Source: Chrysomallon squamiferum (Eukaryota > Animalia > Mollusca). From it: 64,000 nt of DNA. The stretch lies in assembly GCA_012295275.1 (NCBI GenBank), contig CM022672.1:496001-560000 (forward strand), given 5' to 3'. A program made the position numbers and the translations under genes. The notes under the pieces were generated by a model. It saw only the letters and a program-made list of their open reading frames with translations, searched no databases and was not told where the DNA came from. Positions 62,866 through 64,000 of this stretch are shown one piece after another; within the stretch, counting starts at the first letter, position 1; the number at the start of each line of letters is the position of its first letter.

Positions 62866-62915
<50 letters not shown>

Positions 62916-63399
62916 TTATCTTAATCTGTTCACCCGATTTGAGACAACTCAGTCTGTCTTTTTTTCAGAAGCACTGCAGTTACGGACAGCTTTAGATTAC
63001 TCTCTTATTGTGAAATCCATCGCAGCTCTTGATACTTGCAGACTAATATTATTACAAACTGGCATTATGATCTATAGGAAATCTTTAATATTTAGAGGCA
63101 AACACTAGTTATGTGTGTGTTATCTTTAGACAGACATAATTAATAATTTGTTCATACTGTATTTCTAGGATGTAGAGGCAGTCATTCAGATTTGTTATCA
63201 GATGTTATGATATGTATGTACAAGCGCTACAAAACAAAGCATTGAAGACACTGCGATCTAAAGCTGTGCGTTATAATAGTAATATTCTCTGTGATCTTTA
63301 CCATTGTTAGTCATATAAAACTGTTATTATATAATTATATTATATAACAGTGCAATAGATTTGGACATTAATAACATTATATCTTAGTGTAAATAACGT

Positions 63400-64000
63400 T
63401 ATACAGTTAATATTGTTAATATTAGATAAGTAACACTATTATCCGTTAATAACAGTCGTATTATGTAACTTAATTTTAAAAATATTAGATATATCACACA
63501 ATAAATAATTATCAACATTCATATTATAGTACATAATTCTGCGTAACAATATTAGATATATAACACTATTAGTCATATTATACAACTTAGTGTAACAGTT
63601 TTAGATATATAACACTTTTAGTTATTGTCAGCAGTCCTATTATACAACTTAGTGTAACAGTTTTAAATATATAACACTTTTAGTTATTAATAACAGTCAT
63701 ATTATACAACTTAGTGTAACAGTTTTAGATATATAACACTTTTAGTTATTATCAACAGTCTTATTATACAACTTAGTGTAACAGTTTTAAATATATAACA
63801 CTTTTAGTTATTATCAACAGTCATATTATACAACTTAGTGTAACAGTTTTAAATATATAACACTATTAGTTATTAATAACAGTCATATTATACAACTTAG
63901 TGTAACAGTTCTAGATATATCTAGAACACTTTTAGTTATTATCAACAGTCATATTATACAACTTAGTGTAACAGTTTTAAATATATAACACTATTAGTTA
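63400..64000. repeat. 61/62-bp minisatellite running off the window end
   Basis: Unit ATATAACACTTTTAGTTATTATCAACAGTCATATTATACAACTTAGTGTAACAGTTTTAAAT. Confidence 0.93.

Overview
AT-rich, microsatellite- and minisatellite-dense animal genomic DNA, probably from a mollusc or other lophotrochozoan (inferred from composition, repeats and gene content); it is not prokaryotic. Three protein-coding genes can be built by hand with consistent splice phases. (1) A 9-exon LIV-1/ZIP13-like zinc transporter on the minus strand (16533->3390, 404 aa, GC-AG first intron). (2) A divergently transcribed 7-exon F-box/LRR gene on the plus strand (17605->39133, 523 aa). (3) A class A neuropeptide-type GPCR with an intronless CDS on the minus strand (51540->49939, 533 aa) and a His-rich 9-aa repeat tail. 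The most notable observations are these. At least seven tandem arrays are copies of the adjacent splice site or stop codon. Two phase-0 candidate first exons of the F-box gene lie antisense inside ZIP13 intron 1. A ~138-bp intronic inverted repeat brackets the two ZIP13 exons that encode the metal-transport site. A Tigger4/MER46-like MITE is present. Most ORFs in the supplied track are repeat artefacts. All coordinates and counts were read manually.
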